Assembly (NCBI GenBank): GCA_030390025.1
Contig: CM059432.1
Span: forward strand, 123,134,001-123,198,000
DNA from: Squalus acanthias
Lineage: Eukaryota
Length of the DNA: 64,000 nucleotides
Reading direction: 5' to 3'
Shown: piece by piece, positions 10,322 through 22,800 of the stretch
Position numbering within the stretch: the stretch's first letter is position 1
How the letters are laid out: each line of letters starts with the position of its first letter
Translations under genes and position numbers: made by a program
The notes under the pieces: model-generated
Seen by the model: only the letters and a program-made list of their open reading frames with translations
Database searches by the model: none
Told to the model about the DNA's origin: nothing

Positions 10322-13300
10322 CGATTTGTGGGGCACTGGCACCAGTACTGGGATAAGAGGGAGCTGTTCCGTTTGGACAGGCTTCACTTGAACCATGCTG
10401 TGGCTATAGTCCTGGCGAATCGAATAACTAGGGCTGTAGAGAGGGCTTTAAACTAAATACTGGGGGGGAGGGTCCAGGTGAGTGGGAATTTAAAAAGTCA
10501 ATGAGAAATGAGAAAACAATAGAGCAGGATAGAGATGGGGGAAATAATAACCAGAGTGTGGCAGGAAGGGACAGAATGTTTAAAAATAAGAGTGTAACAG
10601 AAAATGGGGCCAAAAGAAGGAGAAATGGTAAAAAGACACAGTTAAAAGCTCTATATCTGAGTGCATGCAGCATTCGTAACAAGATAGATGAATTGACAGC
10701 ACAAATAGATACAAATGGGTATGATCTGATCGCCATGACAGAGACGTGGTTGCAAGGTGACCAGGGCTAGGAACTGAATACTCCAGGGTATTTGACAATT
10801 CGGAAGGATAGACAGAAATGAAAGGGAGGTGGGGTGGCTTTGTTGGTAAAGATGGGATCAGTGCAGTGGTGAGCAGTGATATTGGCTCAGAAGATCAAGA
10901 TGTAGAATCGGTTTGGGTGGAGATAAAAAATAATAAGGGGAAAAAGTCTCTGGTGGGCGTAGTCTACAGGCCCCCGAACAGTAGCAATACTGTTGGACAG
11001 AGTATAAATCAACAAATAATGGAGGCCTGTAAAAAAGGTACGGTAATAATCATGGGTGATTTTAATCTCCATATTGATTGGACAAATCAAATTGGCCATG
11101 GTAGCCTTGAGGAGGAGTTCATAGTGTATCCGGGATGGTTTCCTAGAACAGTATGTAATGGAACCAACCAGGGAGTAGGTATCTTGGATCTGGTACTATG
11201 TAATGAGACAGAATTAATAAATGATCTCACAGTAAAGGATCCTCTAGGAAAGAGTGATCATCGCATGGTTGATTTCAAATTCAGTTGGAGGGTGAGAAAG
11301 TTGTATTTCAAACCAGTGTCCTGATCTTAAACAAAGGCAATTACAATGGCCTGAGGGCAGAACTGGCTAAAGTGGACTGGAAAAATAAATTAAAGGGTAA
11401 GACAGTTGAAATGCAGTGGTGGACATTTAAGGAGATATTTCATAACTCTCAACAAAAATATATTCCAGTGAGAAAGAAAGATTTTAAGAGAAGGGAGCAC
11501 CATCCGTGGCTAACTAAGGAAGTAAAGGATGGTATCAAATTGAAAACAAAGGCATACAATGTTGCCAAGATTAGTGGGAGGCCAGAGGATTGGGAAATGT
11601 TTAAAAAATCAGCAAAGGACAGACTAAAAAAATAATAAGAGAGAGAAGTTAAATTATGAGAGTAAACTGGCAAGAAATATTAAAACAGATAGTAAAAGCT
11701 TCTACAGGTATATAAAAAGGAAGAGAGCAGCTAAAGTAAACATTGGTCCCTTAGAGGATGAGACTGGGGAATTAATAATGGGGAACAGGGAAATGGCAGA
11801 GACTCTGAACAAATATTTTGTATCTGTCTTCACAGTAAAAGACACTAACAGCATCCCAATAATGGATAATCAAGGGGCCACAGGGAGGGGGGAACTAAAG
11901 ACAATCACTATCACTAAGGAAAAAGTACTTGGTAAAATAATGGGACTAAAAGACGACAAGTCCCCTGGACCAGATGGCCTGCATCCCAGGGTCTTAAAAG
12001 AAGTGGCTACAGAGATAGTGGATGCATTGGTTGCAATATACCAAAATTCCCTGGACTCTGGAGAGGTCCCAGCGGATTGGAAAACTGCAAATGTAACACC
12101 CCTATTTAAAAAAGGAGGGAGACAGAAAGCAGGAAACTATAGAGCAGTTAGCCTAACATCTGCTGTTGGGAAAATGCTGAAGTCCTTCATTAAGGAAGCA
12201 GTAGCAGGACATTTGGAAAATCATAATGCAGTCAGGCAGAGTCAGCATGGTTTTATGAAAGGGAAAACATGTTTAACAAATTTGCTGGAGTTCTTTGAGG
12301 AGGTAACGAGCAGGGTGGACAAAGGTGAGCCAGTGGATGTGGTGTATTTGGATTTCCAGAAGGCATTCGATAAGGTGCCACATAAAAGGTTACTGCATAA
12401 GATGAGAGCTCACGGAGTTGGGGGTAATATATTAGCATGGATAGAGAATTGGCTAACTAACAGAAAGCAGAGAGTCGGGATAAATGGGTAATTTTCCGGT
12501 TGGCAAACGGTAACTAGTGGGGTGCCACGGGGATCAGTGCTGGGGCCTCAACTATTTACAATCTACATTAATGACTTGGATGAAGGGACCGAGTGTAATG
12601 TAGCCAAGTTTGCGGATGATACAAAGATGGGTGGGAAAGCAAGTTGTGCAGAGGACTCAAAGAATCTGCAAAGGGATATAGACAGGCTAAGTGAATGGGC
12701 AAACATTTGGCAGATGGAGTATAATGTGGGAAAGTGCAAGTTTATCCACTTTGGCAGGAAAAATAAAAAAGCAAATTATTATTTAAATGGAGAGAGATTA
12801 CAAAATGCTGCAGTTCAGAGGGACCTGGGGGTCCTTGTGCATGAAACACAAGAAGTTAGCATGCAGGTACAGCAAGTAATCAAAAAGGCATATGAATGCT
12901 GGCCTTTATTGCAAGGGGGTTGGAGTATAAAAGCAGGGAAGTCCTGCTACAACTGTACAGGGCGTTGGTGAGACCACACTTGAGTACTGCGTACAGTTTT
13001 GGTCTCCTTATTTAAGGAAGGATATACTTGCATTGAAGGCAGTTCAGAGACGATTCACTGGGTTAATTCCAGAGATGAGGGGGTTGACTTATGAAGAAAG
13101 GTTGAGCAGGTTGGGCCTATACTCATTGTAATTTAGAAGAATGAGAGGTGATCTTATTGAAATATATAAGATACTGAGGGGGCTCGACAAGGTAGATGCA
13201 GAGAGGATGTTTCCCCTCGTGGGGAAATCTAGAACTCGGGGGCTTAGTTTCAGAATAAAGGGTCGACCTTTTAGAACTGAGATGAGGAGGAATTTCTTCT

Positions 13301-13536
13301 CTCAGAGGGTCGTAAATCTGTAGAATTCTCTGCCCCAGAGAGCTGTGGAGGCTGGGTCATTAAGTACATTTAAGGTGGAGATAGACAGATTTTTGCAAGA
13401 TAAGGGAGTGAAGGGTTATGGGGAGCGGGCTGGGAAGTGGCTTTGAGCCCAAGATTAGCCATGATCTTATTGAATGGCGGAGCAGGGTCGAGGGGCCAAG
13501 TGGCCTATTCCTGCTCCTATTTCTTATGTTCTTATG
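10322..13536 (+). mobile_element. CR1 LINE, 5'-truncated (end of ORF1 plus complete, frameshifted ORF2: APE and RT)
   Basis: ORF pieces with TETWL, GVVYRPP, MGDFN, SDH, KSPGPDG, QHGF, YLDFQKAFDKVPH, GSVLGP and FADD; (ttcttatg)2 tail; multiple stops and frameshifts. Confidence 0.95.
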
Positions 13537-14270
13537 AACCCACAACCTTCTGACTTAGAGGCGAGGGTGCTACCAACTGAGTCACTGGATGTCATTTAAG
13601 CATGACAGTTAGGCATGACGGAAGTAGCATGATGGGAGGTAGTAATTAAGTGTTACTTCCTGGAAGTGCTCACTACGTGCAAAACTTTTAATATGTTACA
13701 GTTATGCACATAGATATTTTGCAGAAAGCATAATCTCAGCAGCTCAGGTACAAGAAATGACATGAGAATACCTGTATTGATATTGATAAATCCAGAGCTC
13801 ACCATTTACCTGCGATGTCACAGTGACATATAACTCTTCCATCTCCACCACTTCCTCAAACAATGAAAAGTTTTGCCAATTATTTTTTTTACATTTCGAT
13901 GGTGCCCTTTTAAGGCCTTCCCAATTTTGGCGTGAAAAGTTTAGCAAACCTTTCAAAATGTGCAGCCTGTATACTATTGCCAATTACAGTAATTAAACTA
14001 CTTACATAGAGAACAGAAACTAACTTTTTGACACTCAGTCATAATTTCTGTTATTTCAAAGGAATTTTTTGTTATTTCAAAGAAACTTCCTGTCTTGTTA
14101 AAAACATTTCTCACCCCACTTTGAGGTCGCATTTCCCCTTTGCTGTAATTTGCAGCTAAACCTCAATGGACATGCTTCTTTCTCTTTGCTTGTGTTTCCC
14201 CCCCATCCCCACCACACTTCTGTTCTGATTCAGAAACACCGGCCTCTGGTGTAAAGTACAGTGACAGACA

Positions 14271-15183
14271 AAGAATCAGAGAATGGTTACAACACGGAAG
14301 AAGGCCATTCAGCTCGTCGAGCCCGTACCGGCTCTCTGCAAGAGCACTTCAGCCAGTCCCACTCCCCCGCCCTTTCCCCGTAGCCCTGCAAATTTCTTTT
14401 CCTTCAGGTACTTATCCAACTCCCTTTTGAAAGCCGTGATTGAGTCTGCCTCCACCACCCTTTCAGGCAGTGCATTCCAGATCCTAACCACTCGCTAAGT
14501 AAAAAGGTTTTTCTTCATGTCACCTTTGGTGTGTCTGCCAATCACCTTAAATCTGTGTCCTCTGATTCTCGACCCTTCTGCCAATGGGAACCGTTTCTCT
14601 CTATCTACTCTGTCCAGACCCCTCATGATTTTGAACACCTCTATTAAATCTCCTCTCAATCTTCTCTGCTCTGAGGAGAAAAACTCCAGCTTCTCCAGTC
14701 TATCAATGTAACTGAAGTCCCTCATCCCTAGAATCATTTTACGTAAATCTTTTCTGCACCCTCTCTAAGGCCTTCGCATCCTTCCTAAAGTGCGGTGCCC
14801 AGAATTGGACACAATACTCCAGTTGAAGCTGAACCAGTGTTTTATGCAGGTTCATCATAATTTCCATGCTTTTGTACTCTATACCTCTATTTATGAAGCT
14901 CAGGATTCCGTAAGCTTTTTTAACTGCTTTCTCAACCTGCCCTGCCACCTTCAACGATTTATGCACATATACCCCTAGGTCTCTCTGTTCATGCACCCTC
15001 TTTAGGATTGTACCCTTTAGTTTATATTTCCTCTCTTCATTCTTTCTACCAAAATGTATCACTTCGCACATTACTGCGTTAAATTTCATCTGCCACGTGT
15101 CCGCCCATTCCACCAGCCTGTCTATGTCCTCTTGAAGTCTATCACTATCCTCCTCACTGTTCACTATACTTGCAAGTTTTGTA
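14271..15183 (-). mobile_element. CR1 LINE 3' fragment (subfamily shared with 38111-39440)
   Basis: Minus ORFs WQMKFN..CEVIHFG..RDLGV..LEYCVQFWAP..RRLRGDLIEVFKI. Confidence 0.9.
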
Positions 15184-15646
15184 TGTATTGCCATACTGTC
15201 ATTGTAAACTTTGTACAACAGTTGATGTGAATGAGGAAATAAGGAAAAATCAGTTCCGTTTGTTCATAGAATAGGTTTAACGTTATGTTCTCCTGACGCT
15301 TGTGGGTAATTTGAAAATTAATTATAAGATTTAGATTCTAAACAGGAGCTTGGACATGGGTAACCCGACGGTAGAGTGGGTTCGCACATTGTCCTTCTAC
15401 CAGTATAATCTAGGTTTGAGTTTAGCCAATGACTATGGGTTGAAATTCTCCTCTGTTGGCTGTCAGTGTCCTAATATATAATTCTATGTAAAGTGAAATG
15501 ATACTCAATTCCTTTCCCTATGAGTATGGGTGAGCAGCGCAAAAATACAGGTAGTTTGGCTCTAATTGGCAATCTTACTCAGAAAATCTTAAATGCTGTG
15601 GTCTGGAATAAAAAATACTTGCAGAAAATTACTTAACTAGATAATG

Positions 15647-16338
15647 ATGCGGAGATGCTGGTGTTGGACTGGGGTGGACAAAAATGAGAAGTCGCACAAC
15701 ACCAGGTTATAGTCCAACAGTTTTATTTGAAATCACAAGCTTTCGGAGCTGCTGCTCCTTCGTCGGGTGAAGCAGTCAAGCACATTCAGCCTCGGATCTG
15801 CGGGTAAGCGTTCTCCAAGGCGGCCTTAGAAACACACGACAACGCAAAATCATCGAGCAGAAACTGATAGCCGAGTTCCGCACTCATGAGGACGGTCTCA
15901 ACCGGGATCTTGGGTTTATGTCATGATACATGACGTGATCCAGACTCGAGTCATCGTTGGCTTGTTCACAGATGTGATTCCCAGTAAAAAAGTAAAAATT
16001 TTAAAGTTTATCGTTTTACATACCGACTGCAGCTTTTGACACGTTAGACCCCCTGTAACTCCACCTCATTGTCTCAGTTGTATCTTGCTATGTCTTTGAT
16101 GTGGTATCTTCCTGGCTGACCTGATTGCCTTTTGTCACACCTCGGCAGATAAACAGTCAGGATGATTAAATTTAGTCGTCTGCCATTGTAAGATACACAT
16201 GCATTGTTCTCTATCTATATATGCTTTGGCGATTCTGTATTTCTTTAATTCACCCGACGAAGGAGCAGCAGCTCCGAAAGCTTGTGATTTCAAATAAAAC
16301 TGTTGGACTATAACCTGGTGTTGTGCGACTTCTCATTT
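15647..16338 (+). mobile_element. Penelope-like element (family A), truncated, with inverted terminal repeat and 14-bp TSD
   Basis: GIY-YIG C-terminus HSASDLRVSVLQGGLRNTRQRKIIEQKLIAEFRTHEDGLNRDLGFMS at about 15790-15925. Segment 15680-15771 is inverted at 16249-16340. TSD TTAACTAGATAATG at 15633-15646 / 16339-16352. Confidence 0.85.
16249..16288 (+). ncRNA. Minimal type I hammerhead ribozyme motif (core variant CCGACGA); mirror copy at 15733-15771 on the minus strand
   Basis: UCAC-CCGACGA-A-GGAGC agca GCUCC-GAAA-GC-UU-GUGA: stem I, core, stem II, GAAA and palindromic AAGCUU. Confidence 0.65.
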
Positions 16339-16364
16339 TTAACTAGATAATGCAGACCATGACA

Positions 16365-16788
16365 AGCTATGTCACCTTGTCCAGAACCAGAGGACATGGC
16401 CTGAGCTTGAAGGGAGGTAAATTCAAAAGTAATCTGCGGAAACAATATTTCAGTGAGTGAGAGAACAGGCGCTCTAGGGAGACGGTGGAAGCAGTTAGTA
16501 TTGATTAATTCAAATGCAAATGAGATAGATTTCTTTCAGAAAATAACATTTTGGGATACAGTATATGAGTAATTTGAGACATGACGTGGTGAGTGTAGCA
16601 TGCTTGGAAGGAACAGGCGACTTTGGACCTTTGGTTTCCTAAGCTCTCCACTACTGGATGTTTCCTTGTGTCATTTCTGAGTCTGTTGAAGACTAATTGA
16701 TCAAGATTGATTGCTACCAATAGAAGGCGAACTCGATGCACCTAAGTCTGTTTTCGTCGAACGATTCCTATGTTTCTATGTTCCTATG
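16365..16788 (+). mobile_element. Degenerate CR1-like 3' fragment
   Basis: agaaccagaggacat (RTRGH) ..cggaaacaatatttcagtgag.. with a (tttctatg)-type tail at 16767-16788. Confidence 0.55.
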
Positions 16789-16947
16789 AGGCTCCCTCTT
16801 GGAATGGAGTAGAAAACCATAACCCTGCCTCTGGCCCGTGATATATCTGACCTGGTAATGCTCAATGGTGACATTTTGTCGCATGTATTATGAATACTAT
16901 GCTTTGCAGCTTTCCTGCAGTAAACTTCTAAAATCTTGATATTTCAG

Positions 16948-17280
16948 ATGTGACTTGTGAGGGATACCAGAATGTGGACTCTGCAGTTAAACGCCGGGAT
17001 GTAGTCATGCTGAGATGTGCATATCCTCAGAACGACAAAATGACCCAGTTGTCCTGGGAGAAGCTCATTGATGGTGTGAAGCACCACATTGCTGTATATA
17101 ACCCCAGCTTCGGAGAGCGCATTTTCTTTCCATACAACCAAAGTGTTACATTTCTCTCATCATCCATCAATGGAGATATTATGTTGAATGCAACGGCTGC
17201 AGATGAAGGCATCTATCAATGTTCCATTAACGCTTTTCCTAGTGGGACGTTGCAGAAACAAATTGCAATAATAAACCCAG
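16948..17280 (+). CDS. CD226: CD226/DNAM-1-like gene, IgV domain 1 exon (333 nt, phase 1-1)
   Basis: Acceptor atttcag|AT and donor CCAG|gtaaga. Translation (x)VTCEGYQNVDSAVKRRDVVMLRCAYP..MTQLSWEK..IAVYNPSFG..ADEGIYQCSINAFPSGTLQKQIAIINP has the IgV C/W/DxGxYxC pattern plus PVR-family TQ, AX6G and (T/A)FPxG motifs. Confidence 0.9.
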
Positions 17281-17329
17281 GTAAGAGACTATACTTCAAA
17301 CTATAGGACCAAACGAGTTTACAGCACTT

Positions 17330-19330
17330 AAAGGGGATATTTGGTCTATCATGTCTGTGCCAATTCTTTGCTAGAGCAATCCAAAACTAATTCCACTGCC
17401 TAGCTCTCTCCCCATACCCCTGTATCTTCAACTGCTTCAAATATTTATCCAATTATCCCTCAAAAGTTGCATTGGTCTGTGCCTCAATCATTCCCTTTGG
17501 CAAAATATTCTATGCTCTAACAATCCTCGGTTAAAGGATTTTTTTTCCTTAACCTCTTTCCTACCTCTCTTGCTAACTATTTTAAATTGATGACCCCTCG
17601 TAACTGAGGAGATAGTCTTTCTCTATTAATTCTATCAACACCCTTCATAATTTTAAAAGCCTCTATTAAATCTCCTCTTAGCCTTCCTAGCTCCAGTGGA
17701 AATGGTTCCAGTCTCTCAAGTCTCTCCTCATAACTCTGGTTTCCCATCCTGGTATCATTCTAATGAACCTACGCTGTACGCTCTTTGTGACTTTGGTTTC
17801 CTTTCTATGAAGGGATGCACAAAACTGCACACAGTACTCGATCTGTGGCCTAGCCAATGTTTTGTACAAATTTATCATTATGTCTTTATTGTGGTGGTCT
17901 ATGTTCCTATTTACAAAACTGAAAATACAGTTGGCCATTTTTATAGTTTTATCTAGCTGCACTCGCACTTTCAGGAAATTATGTATTTAAACCTAGAGGG
18001 ATGTCAGTACAGCCACATTCTTCAGTGTCTTTTTGATTAGTGTATGATCTCCTTTCTTGTTTTTCCTCTTAATGTGGATATGTATGAGACAATACATTTT
18101 AAGTTGAATCATCCACTTGTGGGGAAGAGCATAACTAGAGGCCATCAAAATAAGAGAGTCACCAAGAAATCCAATAAGGAATTCAGAAGAAACTTCTTTA
18201 CCCAAAGAGTGGTGAGAATGTGGAACTCGTTACCACAGGAAGTGGTTGAAGTGAAAAGTATAGATGCATTTAAGAGGAGGCTAGACAAGCATATGAGGGA
18301 GAAGGGAATAGAGGGTTATGCTGATAGATTTAGATCAGGAAAGACGGGCGGAGGCTCAAGTGGGGCATAAACGCCGGCATGGACTGGTTGGGCCGAATGG
18401 CCTGGTTGTGTGCTGTATATCCTATGTAATCCTATGTAATTCCAACCCTTCTTCAATCCAAGCAATGTCCATTTGCCCTAACACTCTGCTTCCTGTCCAT
18501 TCGGCAACGTTCTATCAATGCTACTACATTTCTTCTTATACCAAGTTTCTTTAGAGACAGCTTATCAAACGCCTTATGAAAATTGATATACACTACATCT
18601 ACTGCATTCTCTTTATCTATGCAATCAGTCACCTCTTCAAAACACTCTATTAAATTTGTCAAACATTGCCGTTAACAAATCCACGCTAGCTGTCCTTGAT
18701 TAGCCCATGCATTTCTAAATGCTCAATCCCATAACTGACTTTAGATTAACTGGTCTATAATTATCCAGTTTGGATAACTGTAGACAACTGTCTGTTCTGG
18801 ACCAGAAACATTACATAAGTTACTCTTCAGTGCCATGGTACAATTTGCATATTTAAAGAGGGTTGAAAAATTGTGGCCAGAGCCTCTGCTATCTCCTCTT
18901 TGACTTCTTTCAACAGCCTGGGTTGTGCGCCATCAGTGACTATCCAGCTTGAGTTTAGCTAATTTAGTTTAGAACCAGTTCCTTTTCTACAGTTATCTCT
19001 AACAGTTGTCCCATATCCCCCTCTTGTGCACCAACATTTTCACTCCCCCATCATCTATAAAATCTCTGAAATACCATCCCCAATTAGAAGCCCTCCTTTA
19101 TCCCTGAGCACTATTACCCTCGCTTTAAATATTCTTTCACTTCTTAAAAATTGCTTTTCATTTCCTTTTATAATACCTTCTCACCTTTTTTCATAGTCCC
19201 TTTAAGACCGTCTAATCTCCCTGTCCACCTTTCCACTACACTTGCTATATTCTGTATCATTTTCTTTGGTATTGTTTGTCTTAATTTTATCATAGACGTC
19301 CCTTTTAAGTTAATTTACACTGCTTCACTG
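17330..19330 (-). mobile_element. Old degenerate CR1 LINE
   Basis: Minus ORF remnants LYKTLARPQIEYCVQF..VQRRFIRMIPG and TNLIECFEEVTD..DVVYINFHKAFDK. Confidence 0.75.
18116..18440 (+). mobile_element. Younger CR1 3' fragment nested in the old CR1
   Basis: EFRRNFFTQRVVRMWNSLPQEVVE..FKRRLDKHM with an (atcctatgta)2 tail, in opposite orientation to its host. Confidence 0.8.
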
Positions 19331-19804
19331 TAGAACAGCACACCCGTGAAATCCCAACCGTACTGGATATTATAACTTAACTAAGAGGATGTCTCTGAGA
19401 TGATGGAGCCTGTAACATGCAAGTGGTCATAAATTATATGTATGTTATTTTTTAGTGACTAAATACAACACCCTTAATGTATATTACAATGTGGTACTGA
19501 GTTATACAGATCAGCAGATTTCTCGTCTTATTCTGATCTCAGCCAAGGCGCTGGTTGGTGTATTGCAATAAGCCTCAACACCCTTGGGCTTGGGAGATGA
19601 AAAATTAACCAGAGTTCATTTGAGTTCATTTCAAATGAACCCAAATTAGGAAATGAGTAAGTGTGAATGTTGAATGGGAGCAGGGGCGAAGCTGTAATGA
19701 CCCCCACCGTCAAGTAGCTGAGAAGACTAATTCCTGTATGCCTGTTAGTTTTGGTTCCTGATTTGAGTCATTGTGTTAGAACACATTCTTGGCAGCTATT
19801 TAAT

Positions 19805-22800
19805 AAGAACATAAGAACATAAGAAATAGGAGCAGGAGTAGGCCAATTGGCCCCTCGAGCCTGCTCCGCCATTCAATAAGATCATGGCTGATCTGATCCT
19901 AACCGCCAATCTACTATCACAGAACCATCTCCTGAACCTAACAGAATTGGACACACGAAATAGGAGCAGGATCAGGCTACACGGCCCCTGGGCCCGCTAC
20001 GCTACCCACAGGGCCATGACCGATCCGAACCTAGACTCATGTCCAAATTCCTGCCCGTTCCCCGTAACCCTTAATTCCCTTTACTTCTAGGAAACTGTCT
20101 ATTTCTGTTTTAAATTTATGTAATGATGTAGCTTCTACAGCTTTTTGGGGCAGCATATTCCATGGACCTACCACCCTTTGAGTGAAGTAGTTCCTTCTCA
20201 TCTCAGTTTTGAAAGAGCAGCCCCTTATTCTAAGACTATGCCCCCTAGTTCTAGTTTCACCCATCATCGGGAACATCCTCCCCGCATCCACCCGATCCAA
20301 CCCCTTCACAATCTTATATGTTTCAATAAGATCGCCTCTCATTCTTCTGAACTCCAATGAGTTAGAGTCCCAATCTACCCAACCTCTCCTCATATGTCCA
20401 TCCCCTCATCCCCGGGATTAACCGAGTGAACCTTCTTTGTACTGACTCGAGAGCAAGTATGTCTTTTCTTAAGTATGGACACCAAAACTGTATGCAGTAT
20501 TCCAGATGCGGTCTCACCAATACCTTGTACAACTGAAGCAATACCTCCCTATTTTTATATTCTATCCCCTTAGCAATGAAAGCCAACATTCCATTGGCCT
20601 TCTTAATCACTTGCTGCACCTGCATACTAACCTTTTGAGTTTCGTGCACCAGGACCCCCAGATCCCTTTGTACTTCAGTACTTTCCAGTTTCTTGCCATT
20701 TAGATAATAACTTGCTCTACTATTTTTCCTGCCAAAGTGCATAACCTCACATTTTCCAGTGTTGTATTCCATCTGCCAAATCTCTGCCCACTTACTTAGC
20801 CTGTCTATGTCCCCTTGCAGATTTTTTATGTCCTCCTCACTCACTACTTTCCCTCCCATCTTAGTATCATCTGCAAACTTTGATATGTTACACTCGGTCC
20901 CCTCCTTCAAATCGTTAATATAGATTGTAAAGAGTTGGGGACCCAGCACTGACCCCTGCGGAACACCACTAGTTACTAATTGCCAGTCTGAGAATGAACC
21001 ATTTATCCCAACTCTCTGCCTTCTGTTAGATAGCCAATCCTCTATCCATGCCAGAATATTACCCCCAATCCCGTGATTTTTTATCTTAAGCAATAATCTT
21101 TTGTGTGGCACCTTGTCAAATGCCTTTTGAAAGTCTAAATACACCACATCCACTGGTTCCCCTTTATCCACCCTGTGTGTTACTTCCTCAAAGAACTCCA
21201 GCAAATTTGTCAAACATGACTTCCCCTTCATAAAACCATGCTGACTTTGTCCTATTAAATTATGATTATCCAAATGTCCCGTTACTGTCTCCTTAATAAT
21301 GGACTCCAAAATTTTACCTACCACAGATGTTAGGCTAACCGGTCTATAGTTTCCAGCCGTCTGTCTACTGGCCTTTTTAAATAAGGGTGTTACATTAGCA
21401 GTTTTCCAGTCTGCCGGGATCTTTGCTGAGTCCAGGGAGTTTTGGAAAATTATTACCAATGCATCCACAATCCCTACCGCCACTTCCCTCAAGACCCTAG
21501 GATGTAAGCCATCAGGTCCAGGTGATTTATCTGCCTTGAGTCCCATTATTTTACCGAGTACCACTTCCTTAGTGATTTTGATCGTGTTTAGCTCCTCCCC
21601 CCCTATAGCCCCCTGTTTGTCCAGTGTTGGGATATTCTTAGTGTCCTCTACTGTAAAGACTGATACAAAATATTCATTCAGTGTATTTGCCATCTCCATA
21701 TTTCCCACCATTAATTTCCCGGTCTCATCCTCTAAGGGACCAACATTTACTTTAGCCACCCTTTTTCTTTTTATGTAACTATAAAAACTCTTACTATCTG
21801 TTTTTATATTTTTTGCTAATTTACTTTCATAATCTATCTTCCCTTTCTTAATCAATCTTTTTGTTATTTTTTGCTGTCTTTTAAAGTTTTCCCAATCCTC
21901 TATCCTCCCACTAGATTTGGCTACCTTATAAGCCCTTGTTTTTAGTTGAATACTATCCTTAATTTCTTTACTTAGCCACGGATGACTGTCTTTTCTTTTA
22001 TACCCTTTTCTTCTCAGTGGAATATATATTTTTTGGAAGTTGTAAAATAACTCCTTAAATGTACACCACTGATCATGTATCGTCTTACCCTTTAATCTAT
22101 TTTCCCAATCCACTCTACTAAATTCCGCTCGCATACCTTCATAGTCTCCTTTATTCAAGCTTAGCACGCTTGTTTGAGATCCAACCTTCTCACCCTCTAA
22201 TTGAATATGGAATTCAACCATGTTATGGTCACTCATTCCAAGGGGATCCTTTACTAGGACATTTTTAATTAATCCTGTCTCATTACACAGGACCAGATCT
22301 AAGGTTGCATGCCCCCTGGTCGGTTCAGTTACATACTGCTCAAGAAACCCATCCCTAATACACTCAATGAACTCATCCTCAAGGCAGCCCTGCCCAATTT
22401 GATTTGTCCAATTAATATGATTGTTAAAATCCCCCATAATTATAGATGTTCCCTTATTACAAGCCTCAACTATTTCCTGATTGATACTCCGTCCAACAGA
22501 GTTGCAACTATTCAGAGGCCTATAGACTACGCCCACTAGTGTTTTTTTCCCCTTATTCCTTATCTCCACCCAAACTGTTTCATTATTCTGATCTTTTGAC
22601 CCAATATCATTTCTCTGTATTACAGTGATTCCTTCCTTTATTAACATAGCCACCTCACCTCCCCTTCCTTCCTGCCTGTCCTTCCTGATCGTTAAATAAC
22701 CTGGTATGTTTAATTCCCAGGCATTGTCACCCTGCAGCCATGTTTCTGTAATGGCCACAAGATCATACCCATATGTAGTTATTTGTGCCATTAACTCATC

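Noticed and set aside
14166..14228. Hydrophobic MDMLLSLCLCFPP.. as the leader exon
   Set aside because: Ends in TGA without a credible phase-1 donor.
15282..15310. YVLLTLV followed by a good phase-1 donor (GTGG|gtaatt)
   Set aside because: No in-frame ATG, and a TAA lies immediately upstream.
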